From: a virus
Taxonomy: Duplodnaviria > Caudoviricetes
Direction: 5' to 3' (one strand)
IMG/VR virus record: IMGVR_UViG_3300027833_001621
Span: 1-54,115 of that record
DNA: 54,115 nucleotides
Below, in pieces: positions 31,101 through 37,399 of the stretch. The notes beneath the pieces are model-generated. The model ran no database searches and was not told where the DNA came from. It saw only the letters and a list, made by a program, of their open reading frames with translations. The translations under genes were made by a program, and so were the position numbers. The number at the start of each line of letters is the position of its first letter. Position 1 is the first letter of the stretch.

Positions 31101-32677
31101 ATAGATTTGGCTATTGGACAGCAGATGATGAATTTATTGATACTACTGGTGGTGACAGTTCTACATCAATAATACATTTTGATAAAACATATGAAGAAGG
31201 CGAACTTATAAGAGTTTACCAATTTAGTAATCACGATGGTCAAGGAATTGACAGAGAGCATTATGATGTAGTTCAGCGTACTGAAATGACATATCAGTCA
31301 AAAGGGTATTATGACTACAGACAACTTAAAAGAGGTTTAATTAAACTAAGAGAAGAGGCAGTAAGTGTTGACTATGTATGGGTAGCACTAAACGGTCGTT
31401 GGTTAACTCCTACAGCAGATTATATACTATTAGAAAACAAACAGTATATTGAGTTTACTGATACAGTAGACGATGGCGACAGTATTGAAATTATTCACTT
31501 TAGCAATACTCCAATATCAAATAAGTTTGGTTGGAGGCAGTTTAAAGACATGTTAAACCGTACACACTATAAGCGTCTAGCAAGAGAAGATCAGTATGTA
31601 CTAGAACAACCGCTAAATTGGTATGATAGATCAATTACTGTTGTTGACAAAGTAGGTAATTTACCTAGTCCAGATCCAAAGAGCAATATTCCGGGTGTTA
31701 TTTTTATTGACGGCGAGCGTATTGAGTTCTTTAGAAAAGAAGAAAACGTGCTTAAACAACTACGTAGAGGTACATTGGGTACAGGTGTTAAGAATTTACA
31801 TGCTGCAGGTACTAGCTTCTATAACCAAAGCCAAGATAGTACTATACCATATAGTGATACTGAAGAAAATGTAGTAGCACTATCAGGCCAATATCAAGAT
31901 ATGTCAATTACATATCCAAATGACAGTATTGAAATGAGTGTAACAAGTATTGCTTACAACTTTAATAACAACACAGTATTTCCATTAGGTGGACAAGTAG
32001 CAACAGTAGACGGAGAAGGGTTCCGTCCAGGGGTTAAAGTGTTAGTACAAGATATAGAATGTGCAACAGACTATGTAAGTGCAACACAATTAACATTTAC
32101 AACACCGGCTATGGATGTTGGCTCATATGATATGGTAATTATTAATCCGATAGAAACAGAGCCAGTATATAGACCTAGCTCTACACTAGTAGTACCTAAA
32201 TACCTTCCTTATGTACAGATACTATTACCATATGCTCCTAAGCCAGTAACTTATTGGCCAGATGGATCAGTTAAGGTACAAAATCCAGCTGTATTAAATG
32301 ATTGGTATACTGAAGATTTTGATGAAGGTGGCATTCCAGGTGAAACATATTGGGAAGCACTAGATATTGAAGTATTTGCTAATGGACGTAGATTGCGTAA
32401 AAACCCAATTGAAGTGTATTCAGTAGATGAAGGACAGTTTAGTCCAGATGGTGATGTGTATTTAGAAGCAGAATATGCCGTTAACAAAAACGTTGGAGCA
32501 TATGTGCGCCTAACTACGCCGCCACAACCAAATACTGTGCTAACTATAGTTAGAAAGCAAGGTTTAATTTGGAATGAAGTAACAGACGAAACAACAGGCG
32601 ACTATAAACCACTAGGTCAGTCTAATACAAAAGTAGCAACTTTCTTACGTGGAAAGAGTATTGATCTACCGCGATAA
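16100..32677 (+). CDS. Giant multidomain baseplate/virion structural protein (gp7 position)
   Basis: 5525-aa uninterrupted ORF coupled to gp6 (TAATG). N-terminal LPKYFRT motif, beta-propeller-type FG...DG repeats, CBM5/12-like aromatic repeats, GSGY-P and GDG-T beta-sandwich repeats, an inserted domain and an IPT/TIG-like domain. Confidence 0.8.
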   Translation: MAYDKDQNEFPLPGEDPQRRQSARHLPKYFRTDKNQKFLQSTLDQLLQPGVSEKVNSFVGRKTAKAYNDKTDKYLQDVSADRTDYQLEPVSVIKDGLGNTEFLRDYMDYVHQIENFGGDNTNHSRNNKQEYYTWNPSINWDMFSNFREYYWLPTGPQTVVVPGDAKEITSTYTVELQNALGDLSYLFTPDGATNNPTLKLYRGVTYRFEINAVGSPFTFRTARTLEDEFLLTTEVSQQGVEDGVIELTLGPGTPNEIYYVADNDINMGGLIRVANQSEASIIDVEAEIIGKKYYTTKDNWSLTNGLKVRFAGEVLPAKYSNSEWYVEGVGDKITLVSDIDVEVSFPVGIDLLVPFDDTIDGFDALPFGAATGYPRDKDYITINRASPDGNFWSRYNRWYHREVIELSAKINNLVLDIDQAQRANRPIIQFDAGLKLYNFGTKTKPVVDLLDNFTTDAFSTIEGSTGYNIDSVQLAEGMRVLFLNDTDPLVNGRIFEVKFINFAGSGVNGQISLVETEDSLPVESQTVLITRGEDFAGTMWYYDSVTWNKAQEKTAVNQPPVFDIFDANGKSYSDTTVYPASNFRGTKLFSYKEGQGVNDTVLGFPISYRSIENVGDIVFNFNFNQDTTQYQIDDQTYNINVSNGYLRKYLLSSNYLLVGAYVKASTFSNQDVVLQYVNDGTKINYPINSYNKSAFVEDLKVNVTVDNKVVYENTDYEIVSTADKVKSIRFLNKISENANIIIKTTSATSKNENGFYEIAPNLEKNPLNADVETFTLGEVTDHVNSITQNAPDFVGVFPGVSNLRDLTNLSVYGRKFIKHSAPLNLAMFSTLDKESNVIKSLRFAKKEYSKFKRMFLENAEVLPFSGSIKQHVDAIISEITKDKINTMPFYFSDMIGYGASITTTITIEDIGTRFYALTTPFVLNELSTRSVTVYLNGTQLLHNQDYVFNTEGYLDVTATKQFGDILEINEYETTNGTYIPSTPTKLGLFPKYIPELFQDDTYGSAPMMLRGHDGSITKAFGDYRDDLVLDLEKRIFNNIKTEYDTTIFDINDYLPNTFRNTQFSRVDVYQPMITDFIQWLELIDEDYTVQKYYDRVDSYSWNYSNMNSPTGERLPGWWRGVYRQLFDTDRPHTNPWEMLGFTIKPTWWEAQYGPAPYTNENLLLWEDLQAGIIRSATTNFSINKKYARPGLLNFIPVDSNGNLLSPSDSNAVQRFASVGLDAPFKFGDNSPIENVWRQSSDFPFALLTSWMINSPSSLLATGFDRSRQIRNTLGHIVYKPTMKHLTLADLVFPNTSKEETQVLTSGIVNYVAAYMASSVTASYSNYVRRLKSIKNCLAFKLGGFTDKSKFKLILESRTPLNSGNVFIPEENYNILLHTSSPIKTVNYSGVIIEKRSTGFVVRGYNKENPVFKWYQPFSSNKDVNINIGGISESFSSWDAGKVYVKGKNVQYLNNFYTVLETHTATSVFETAKFAKLPSLPTVGGADAIFKERFNKFDTQVLSYGSNLNTIQDVVDFLLGYEQWLKDQGFRFEYYDGDEKVLSDWKNSCREFMFWSTQNWSEGALIALSPVADEINFETEYSTVDNIFDNFYGYSLLKSDGTKFAEEFTRISRQEPNKFKIRPRKTGDGVYAVQIPIIRKEHIVLLDNTTVFGDVIYQPPTGYRQDRIRSLGYRTVDWDGSLNIPGFIYDEAIVTEWEPWSDYGVGALIKHKQFYYSSNNKVTGTELFESSSWTRLSEKPESKLLTNFEYKTNQFADFYDLDTDNFDVEQQKYAQHLIGYQNRDYLANIINDDVSQYKFYQGMIKEKGTLNSLNKLFDVLSEADKESIDFYEEWAIKQSQYGASEGFDEVEFKLDEGKIRNNPQPFILTNNITGEETDLIYRISDFQVYKKPAKYNNKPFPTTDDLPQFTKSPGYTHIEDVSVILSKYEDLVSTDFGKIKSNQYVWVGTKNAQWSVYQHVNSGYTITSIKGNATAVSVGASDKDQFKITIDTSVSDIKVGDIVGIYDIIETDYTTVDSTYPIANQTTVDVDGFFKVLKVSVNEIIIETDKVISDINQCRGILTKFNSVRAESYVQANAIAQAGIEKDSLLWVDSDDSGDWRVIKNNKPFNLLQRVEGEDRVPFNSFSDRIAVDSRNVTMAVSTPLSGSLDESLNPVAGDGKVFVYTRGGNNQNFQFTQIVDPITPLADLQKGFGKGLGISSDGKYLVVGSPDSSNVKTKFKGLYDSTVDYQNTEIVSYNDQLWEAVIDINGANLAQPFGSFTSMVEVLLDNNITGGEIQFNNLLAGNYPFTNTDTDHILVRAGKDQYIATGPGDTVFLDWYATTTANQGQDPANLTRAPFGGELPSVTEAFLESGLVVQKKIDVVLYIDAFSIIPSVGDQVESQGVFGYVEYVYQEGPSVVIYVGGSVGLWQETEALYLETGEFVGQYVRNAPKELTQVDTTEDLGGYWWFDLPATVTTTNIVEDEGRALAIYNVVPAGKSATIAAGGNIYDYNNTEIFEGDNNINSYIRTFTSEGEPGAYGNFDVIESDLFVVRAPKTLTDILSNGDDVNLLVLNLPNLNDQSYVDITPAGINYTQTNKTHTLYDLWDGFIEFSLDEPDDFGNYYEPLVGQFVRDTTTGATAQITFYQRDSRNATIFVKDVQGSNNWSLGSESGEPSTIEMLRIPTNPSPVYNVTRELGNIKTTSLGSDNLGIGKLCVFQLDAEIATVPVNDTIIGAEYIIYKDTTILGLPTDANIPSSINLDWKNVYRVPVNAEGEALALNNYGMFSVYIRENVSTFTPQGSFIVPEQIDGLRIGSNIKIAKRNELYKAFIGCEGDGTESNPGRIYFVNNGTDEEGVSYNWDLAKDKRYKGAFGNDRDYYLNDIVFNDGNFYIAQTNIANGDSFNILDWQLATDDKIKSIDYIGYIPNNTDLVYNNDSSLKLDATGLTSFGKDFDISDDGEVLVVTAEYTDAPNKVIVYRNVNDNYQNYQEFEATQVNDGFGTQISVSQDGSMIAISAPNANTVDGDERGTVYVYTYNPKTSVRAFELTQTLVSSNPVRGEMFGGNIDFDGNMLYVSAFAAPSDDETLFDTYQERLYPESITNGQKYLLDPNSAGTATTTFDNGFTSFKNIIATNGVVYAYDRIEDSLIFGQTLDLNSPNIRFFGKNITAKNNHLYVALPSYDNVNSDGVSTNKPGLVLDYRRDDSAKIWETYRAPSKPANLEKIKRVMLYNKNKNSIIQHLDYIDPVQGKIAGPADQEIRYKSSYDPATYDVGTSELDVDTTESWGTRQVGRVWWDLTTAKFVNTYLDGSTTYKNNNFNTLFEGASIDIYEWVESKLKPEDWDKLSLQPEGEAKGVTGITKYGPAAYTQKRVYDSIGEKFTSYYYYWVKNKTTAPDIEGRNISVATIAKLIENPSGAGYRFISIFGDDSFALHNCESLIEDQDTILNIQYWTFSNKYDNIHNQYQILAEGLDTSKPHVEIEQKWFDSLVGYDKQVRPVPDPALAANERYGVLNKPRQSWFINKVEAVKQLVERTNKVLKSTLVTDEKDISKLQDFDPAPSLISRHYDVAVDTEVDLQFVGVSRLIQSELLPIMQDGKIVRVDIVNSGRGYKTAPTYTITGQGTGAEFEVVINTAGQITEVNILNSGYNYNENTQIKVRPFTVLVNADSNIRGNWALYQRDYTARAWDRINSQAYDVTKYWYYCDWYATDYSTFTEIDYVIDQSYGLQGLDDSFGDIVKILNVGTDGWLLLEKIDNQDTTDYTVNYKTIGKQNGTIQLSENLYNFDLSRVGFDTQTFDTQFFDSQPIIETRIVLETLRDSILVDDLATEYNKLFFASLRYVFTEQGYVDWAFKTSFVKAQHNVGRLSNRVTYKNDSLESYEKYINEVKPYKSKIREYISDYSTLEKSESVVSDFDNPPKYNNDTQSIGVSDVRVINGLLAGSLDGYDTYPNKFWLDNASYNVVEISIADTGSGYLSAPQIIIEGNATAKASLGPGGKLSSVTITNSGSDYIIAPTVTINGTLADGGTPARVSAKIGDSLVRSMHTTVKFDRVSGTYFITQLNESENFAGTGSTTDFNLKWPMDMRTNTIEITINDELVLNSQYEYKNYIDTTSNFDKYYGRIVFDQPPANNSVVTINYKKSIDLLDAQDRISLFYNPTSGQIGKDITQLMEGVDYGGVQVKSYEFAGPTGWDTDNWYAGSWDIFDQEFDDESFETDGSTLVFDLSAPLQAGVKYNVYINGQRVDDDAWDGTTSADSLNNKKAFMAPITGDGVTNTFTFENETGYYNYLTEINPTWQDNPPREIITIRRSTSDGSLSPGQDSFDTALQGGDLAYTTALGIKAEEINVDGDGFVTPTTSKGPEETIPGQVLDTLDITVYERPVSGSSLMQSHIFKGDGTTTVFNLREKPISYESVIVKVNYAVVYGKTNYRIDFDTNQIVFYEAPAVGDNVVVMTMGISGEDILDYDEFIADGTTQEFLTNIKFADTIKAYVTVNGDSLAYELIESDDSYEVPGNCVLRFVQPPEANRLIQYGLFDNEIQSFSQVTIDEIVADGSSSSYELSKAPFSQDPAGYHTIVTVKSREGYVPAVPAVPGGVADPEYNNAAIINVAGDGSDFFKREVTTNGVRIMGAGTVGGQTAVPDAWLEKVARMFELFTDVNGAGINESFQRNLIKNLSGDAGTYHAGLPTIQRVARGAGADYTPNFLTDQGVIDWNLTNLFDTHVANDMVWYLNSTGDGYGDGDQDAQEVIEHVFHTLHMHGLPADDIKLYQFLAADWQTGDLYAAMEEAYDAGKWDPSGYQENPDDWKTIADAFEVAAKEYLYLLNFCMFEYTELWDGGSLAPEWSDDMRTQAGIQANNPLGYAFHNTYIAPVISKPSLATIRSIFQDGNTPAQDNPALAGASGYVVDVAGEGSPAIPEVPGTIVERVLNAGYSEVFTVEENVLEYKMKVWQTPVGSLSGTRLKVFLNDTEIRFLQDWTFEGASSFNPNITPDAQPGSTVILNRGVAAVGDKLKVYVMDDGDYRFGYWTADDEFIDTTGGDSSTSIIHFDKTYEEGELIRVYQFSNHDGQGIDREHYDVVQRTEMTYQSKGYYDYRQLKRGLIKLREEAVSVDYVWVALNGRWLTPTADYILLENKQYIEFTDTVDDGDSIEIIHFSNTPISNKFGWRQFKDMLNRTHYKRLAREDQYVLEQPLNWYDRSITVVDKVGNLPSPDPKSNIPGVIFIDGERIEFFRKEENVLKQLRRGTLGTGVKNLHAAGTSFYNQSQDSTIPYSDTEENVVALSGQYQDMSITYPNDSIEMSVTSIAYNFNNNTVFPLGGQVATVDGEGFRPGVKVLVQDIECATDYVSATQLTFTTPAMDVGSYDMVIINPIETEPVYRPSSTLVVPKYLPYVQILLPYAPKPVTYWPDGSVKVQNPAVLNDWYTEDFDEGGIPGETYWEALDIEVFANGRRLRKNPIEVYSVDEGQFSPDGDVYLEAEYAVNKNVGAYVRLTTPPQPNTVLTIVRKQGLIWNEVTDETTGDYKPLGQSNTKVATFLRGKSIDLPR
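29792..29815 (+). repeat. Short tandem repeat (GTTCCAGCA)2-GTTCCT encoding a VPAVPAVP linker
   Basis: Read directly; lies at the left border of the inserted domain. Confidence 0.8.
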
Positions 32678-32680
32678 ATA
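32674..32680 (+). promoter_or_regulatory. Putative late promoter ATAAATA
   Basis: ATAAATAC overlapping the giant gene's stop, followed by AGGA and ATG 32699. Confidence 0.6.
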
Positions 32681-32698
32681 CATTGACAGGAAATAAAA

Positions 32699-33313
32699 AT
32701 GACAGATAAATTTTTAGATAAACAGGGTATATTCTTAGAAGGACATGTAAAAATACATGATCCAAAGTCTGGGGAAGTACTTCTTAATAAGCGTAATGCA
32801 ATACATTATGAAAACATGAGTATTGCCCTTGCAGAAAGTTTAAGTAATGCAGGCCAGGGGTGGGTGCATGAAATGAGCTTTGGTAACGGTGGCACAAGTT
32901 TAGATCCAACAGGTATCATTACATACTTAACGCCAAACAGCACAGGTACAAATGCAAGTTTGTATAATCAAACATTTGCAAAGGTAGTTGATGACAGAAG
33001 TGTTAACAACGTTGACCCTGCAAGGAACAAGATAGACATACGCCATGTAAGCGGAACAAATTATACTGATATATTAGTTACTTGTTTATTAGACTACGGT
33101 GAGCCAAATGGCCAAGATGCTTTTGATACAGCGAGTAGTACTGAAAGTTTATATGTATTTGACGAATTAGGATTGAGAGGTTATGATCCAGATGGCACAG
33201 GACGTTTATTAACACACGTTATTTTCCATCCAATACAAAAGTCGTTAAACAGGCTTGTACAAATTGATTATACTGTAAGAGTACAAAGTTTAACAGGATT
33301 TAACGAGGGATAA
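32699..33313 (+). CDS. Putative baseplate/tail-fibre attachment structural protein
   Basis: 204 aa. GHVKI..KRNAI, MSFGNGG, FDELGL..LLTHVIFHPIQK pattern of tail-collar/fibre-anchoring proteins; lies between the wedge and fibre genes. Confidence 0.55.
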   Translation: MTDKFLDKQGIFLEGHVKIHDPKSGEVLLNKRNAIHYENMSIALAESLSNAGQGWVHEMSFGNGGTSLDPTGIITYLTPNSTGTNASLYNQTFAKVVDDRSVNNVDPARNKIDIRHVSGTNYTDILVTCLLDYGEPNGQDAFDTASSTESLYVFDELGLRGYDPDGTGRLLTHVIFHPIQKSLNRLVQIDYTVRVQSLTGFNEG

Positions 33314-33316
33314 TAA

Positions 33317-35428
33317 ATGGCATACACTATTAACTATACAGATGTTGCAAACAAAGGTACCATTACAGTTGAAGACAGTACTATTAATAGAGAAACAACA
33401 CTTGGGTTTCCAGGACGTAACTCTACAGCATATGGTGCAACAATTGCAGAGAACTTTTTACACTTATTAGAAAGTTTTGCATCTAATAATCCACCAAGTA
33501 GTCCAGTTGAAGGGCAACTTTGGTATGATAATACATTAACTGAAGAAAAGTTAATGGTGTACAATGACACAAACTGGGTGCCAGCAAGTGGTATTTCTAA
33601 ATCAATTAATACTCCAGCTATTGCCCAACTTGGCGATTTATGGGTAGACACAGATAACCAACAATTATACTTATTTACAGGCGGTGGTTGGGTACTAGTA
33701 GGCCCTAGTTTCTCAGATGGACTAGCCACTGGAGCAAAAGCAGATCAAATTATCGGCCAAGATAACTTACTATACAATGTTTTAAGAATTGAAGTATCAG
33801 GACAAACTATTGGTATTCTTAGTGGATCAGAAATTCCGTTTATTCCTAAGTCTACTATTGCAGGATTTGCAACAATTAATCCAGGATTTAACTTAATTAA
33901 CAAAGATACCGATAATGACGGATTAAGTAATTATAAGTTTTTTGGTACAGCAGAAAAAGCAGAGAATTTAATTGTAAATAATGAAATTGTTGCTGCAGGA
34001 AACTTCCTAAGAGGTAATACTACTAGTACAACAACATTTCCATTAAACATTCAAAACAACCAAGGCATTAACTATGGTGTAAATGCAGAACTTACAGTTG
34101 GCGTTGAAGGTAATGCTGGTGTGATTCAACATAATATTGGTGGATCAAACATTGATATGCGTGTTAGAAACAATGATGCAGCTAAAACAGTTATACGTGT
34201 TGATTCGAACTTACGTGTTGGTATCAACACAGAAGCCCCAGAAGAAGCACTTGACGTTATTGGTAATATTCAATCAAGTGGCGGCATTATTATTAATGAT
34301 ACAACACAAAGTACAACTATTAATAATGGTGCATTACAAGTACGTGGCGGCGCAGGTATTAGACAAGGTCTAAATGTAGGCGGAGAAACAAAACTTTCTA
34401 ACTTACTTACAACTAATAGTATTGTTCCAGATGATAATAATATTAGAGATTTAGGTTCTTCAACAAGATATTATAGAAATACATATTCAACTAACTTTAT
34501 TGGAACACTAGACGGAACAGTAAACGGTAAAGTTAACGGTCCGTCAACATCATCGGCTAACTTAATTAACAAAACTACATTTATTATGCTTGGCGATGTA
34601 GCAACACTTGTTCCTGTTGAATTTGATGGAGCATATCAAGACCCACAATTTGATAATGGTTCAACAACAGATGAAAACGGCGTAACAACTCCGTTAGCAC
34701 CAGGCGAAGTACCATTAACAAAAACGTTTAGAACAGAAATTTCAAACCAATTTATATCAAAGAAACCTCGTGAATCAGATGTTGCATCATCTGACTTATT
34801 ATTGTTTAATGACGTAGATGGATCTACACCTGGTCTTAAGAGTGTTACTAAAGAAAACTTCTTAAAAACTATTCCAAGAACACCGGCAGGTGTACTAATG
34901 CCATATGGTGGAGATGTTGCTCCAGAGGGCGGCGACTGGATTTTATGTGACGGTAGAGAGCTTGATAAGACAGATTATCAAGCATTGTTCCAAGTACTTG
35001 GTTATAAATTTAAACCAGAGTCACAAGTTGGAAATAATAACTTTGCTGTGCCTGATATGCGTGGTAGAATGCCAATGGGTGCTGACAATATGGGCGGGCA
35101 AAGTGCTAATATTGTAACAGCAACGTCTGCAGACATTGTAGGTGCATTAGATGGTAGTGAAACAAAGTTAATTGATAAAACTAACTTGCCTGAACACCAA
35201 CACGATATGCAAGACCAAGATAATAACCAATTTTATGCTACACAAGATAGACAAGATCCGTCAACAGATACTAATGTTACAGGCATAGACGGACCTACAG
35301 CTACTAACGGCGGCCAAAAATTATCAAATAGTGGTAACGTTATTAGTTCTAACCCTGTAGGACAGGATTTTAATATTATGCCACCGACAGTAACAATGAA
35401 TTACATTATATATTCTGGAAGAGGGTAA
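33317..35428 (+). CDS. Short tail fibre with tail-collar domain (gp12-like)
   Basis: C-terminal PAGVLMPYGG...WILCDG...YQALFQVLG...FAVPDMRGRMPMG collar motif, NLPEHQH and NIMPP..MNYII. Confidence 0.8.
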   Translation: MAYTINYTDVANKGTITVEDSTINRETTLGFPGRNSTAYGATIAENFLHLLESFASNNPPSSPVEGQLWYDNTLTEEKLMVYNDTNWVPASGISKSINTPAIAQLGDLWVDTDNQQLYLFTGGGWVLVGPSFSDGLATGAKADQIIGQDNLLYNVLRIEVSGQTIGILSGSEIPFIPKSTIAGFATINPGFNLINKDTDNDGLSNYKFFGTAEKAENLIVNNEIVAAGNFLRGNTTSTTTFPLNIQNNQGINYGVNAELTVGVEGNAGVIQHNIGGSNIDMRVRNNDAAKTVIRVDSNLRVGINTEAPEEALDVIGNIQSSGGIIINDTTQSTTINNGALQVRGGAGIRQGLNVGGETKLSNLLTTNSIVPDDNNIRDLGSSTRYYRNTYSTNFIGTLDGTVNGKVNGPSTSSANLINKTTFIMLGDVATLVPVEFDGAYQDPQFDNGSTTDENGVTTPLAPGEVPLTKTFRTEISNQFISKKPRESDVASSDLLLFNDVDGSTPGLKSVTKENFLKTIPRTPAGVLMPYGGDVAPEGGDWILCDGRELDKTDYQALFQVLGYKFKPESQVGNNNFAVPDMRGRMPMGADNMGGQSANIVTATSADIVGALDGSETKLIDKTNLPEHQHDMQDQDNNQFYATQDRQDPSTDTNVTGIDGPTATNGGQKLSNSGNVISSNPVGQDFNIMPPTVTMNYIIYSGRG

Positions 35429-35431
35429 CAG

Positions 35432-37360
35432 ATGAGCTATAAATTAAATAAAACTAACGGCGAATTATTAGTAGATCTTGTAGACGGGCAACTAGATACT
35501 ACTTCAACAGATATTTCGTTAGTTGGTAGAAACTACAAAGGATACGGCGAAGCATTTAATGAGAACTTAATTAAGTTATTAGAAAATTTTGCTAGAACTA
35601 GCGCACCTGGAACGCCTTTAATAGGCCAACTATGGTATGATACCGCAGAACAGCGATTAAAGGTCTACACAGGTAGTACTTTTCGTTCAGCAGCAGGTGC
35701 TGTTGTTAGCCAAACACAGCCTAATTTAGTAGCAGGAGATCTTTGGATTGACAGTTTAAATAATAAACTATATTTCTTTGATGGTACTGACATTGTTTTA
35801 GTAGGACCACAGTATACAGCTAGCCAAGGTAAAACAGGAACTGAAGCATTTACAATATTAGATGAAAACGGACAAGACCAAACAGTCCTTGAGTTATATA
35901 TAAATGGATCATTAACAGGAATTTACTCTAAAACAGAATTTAGACCAAGAGTTAATATTGTTGGCTTTCCAGTAGATGCAAATGACAACAGAGTTCCACA
36001 GCGTCAACTAATACAAATTGGATTTAATCCTGCAAGTCCTAGTTTTTGGTGGCGTGGAACAGCACAAAGTTCAAGAGGACTAGTTAGTGACGCTGGCGAA
36101 GAATTCCAAGAAACTAACTTTATGAAAACTGACAGAAACACTAGTACAACTGGTTCGTTAGCGGTTAAAAACGCTGGAGGGTTAACAGTTGGGGTTAGTG
36201 ATACTGTATATGCAGCATTAAAAATTGATAATAATTACATTACTACATTAGAAACACAAAGACTTGGTAGAGATTTTACTATTAGAACTCGTAGAGGTAA
36301 CTTATTTGATAATGCATTTTATGCAGATTCAGATCTAAAGCGTGTTGGAATTTATACAACAACTCCTCAAGTAGATTTTGATGTAGTAGGCGATGGTAGA
36401 TTTTCCGGAGACTTAGAAGTTCAGGGAAATTTAACAATACAAGGTGATACAACTTATTTAAATGTGTCGTCACTAAGAGTTGAAGATAAAAATATTGAAC
36501 TAGGATTAATGAATGATAGTGCAATTGGCAACGATGCAGTTGTTGATGGCGCCGGAGTAATTATACGTTCAACAGACGGCAATAAGTCAGTTACATGGGA
36601 AAATGAAACAGGTAGCTGGACATTAAGTGAAGACTTAGATCTAGTAACTGGTAAAACATTTAATATTGATAACGTAACTAAGCTATCAGCAGATAGGCTA
36701 CATGATTCGGTATTGTATGCTACAGGACTTATACAAGTTGGTAGTTTAGCAAACCTAACAGTAGTAGGCGATGTTACAATCAATGATAATCTAATTGTAA
36801 GTAATGCACTTGCAATTACTAGTAACGGTACAATAACTATTAACAATCAACTCATTACTGGCGCAGATACACCAACTAGTGCTAGAGTTGCTAATAACCT
36901 AGGCAGCACAGAAGATTTAGACTCTAGTGTTGCTACTAAAGGTTATGTTGATCAAGAAGTTGGGGCAGAGCCGGTAACAATAGCATTAGATGCTACTGGA
37001 ATGGTAAATCCATCACCAGTGTTTTCTGATAATGTTGGACCGCACGAAGATATTAAAGATGCTATAGAATACCTATATCCGGCAGCACAAAAACAAGCTG
37101 GAACTTATGCAAGAGTATATGCAACATCATATATTGATGCACCAGTAACAGGTATTGATGTAAATTCTGCAATAACAAAAACTACAGTTAACGTATATGT
37201 TGATCCTGACGATAGTACAACACCAGAGTTTGATAGTGTACTAAAAGATATTACAGTTAGTTCAGTATCTGGTATTGCTAACTTATCACCGTCAAGAGCT
37301 AAGGTAGAGTTTCAAGTAGTAGGAGGAGTATGGCAATGGCAACGAACCATACCAGTTTAA
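35432..37360 (+). CDS. Tail fibre protein
   Basis: Shares its N-terminal module (LVGRNYKGYGE..NEN..LLENFA..GQLWYD) with both neighbours; beta-rich shaft and VATKGYVD motif. Confidence 0.7.
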   Translation: MSYKLNKTNGELLVDLVDGQLDTTSTDISLVGRNYKGYGEAFNENLIKLLENFARTSAPGTPLIGQLWYDTAEQRLKVYTGSTFRSAAGAVVSQTQPNLVAGDLWIDSLNNKLYFFDGTDIVLVGPQYTASQGKTGTEAFTILDENGQDQTVLELYINGSLTGIYSKTEFRPRVNIVGFPVDANDNRVPQRQLIQIGFNPASPSFWWRGTAQSSRGLVSDAGEEFQETNFMKTDRNTSTTGSLAVKNAGGLTVGVSDTVYAALKIDNNYITTLETQRLGRDFTIRTRRGNLFDNAFYADSDLKRVGIYTTTPQVDFDVVGDGRFSGDLEVQGNLTIQGDTTYLNVSSLRVEDKNIELGLMNDSAIGNDAVVDGAGVIIRSTDGNKSVTWENETGSWTLSEDLDLVTGKTFNIDNVTKLSADRLHDSVLYATGLIQVGSLANLTVVGDVTINDNLIVSNALAITSNGTITINNQLITGADTPTSARVANNLGSTEDLDSSVATKGYVDQEVGAEPVTIALDATGMVNPSPVFSDNVGPHEDIKDAIEYLYPAAQKQAGTYARVYATSYIDAPVTGIDVNSAITKTTVNVYVDPDDSTTPEFDSVLKDITVSSVSGIANLSPSRAKVEFQVVGGVWQWQRTIPV

Positions 37361-37368
37361 CAAATCAG

Positions 37369-37375
37369 ATAAATA
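37369..37375 (+). promoter_or_regulatory. Putative late promoter ATAAATA
   Basis: Intergenic ATAAATAC, then AGGGG RBS and ATG 37400. Confidence 0.65.
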
Positions 37376-37399
37376 CTAAGTCGCAATAGGGGTTTATAA

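Noticed and set aside
32683-32688. TTGACA upstream of the 204-aa gene as a sigma70 -35
   Set aside because: No -10 box at 16-18 nt; that position falls inside the coding sequence.
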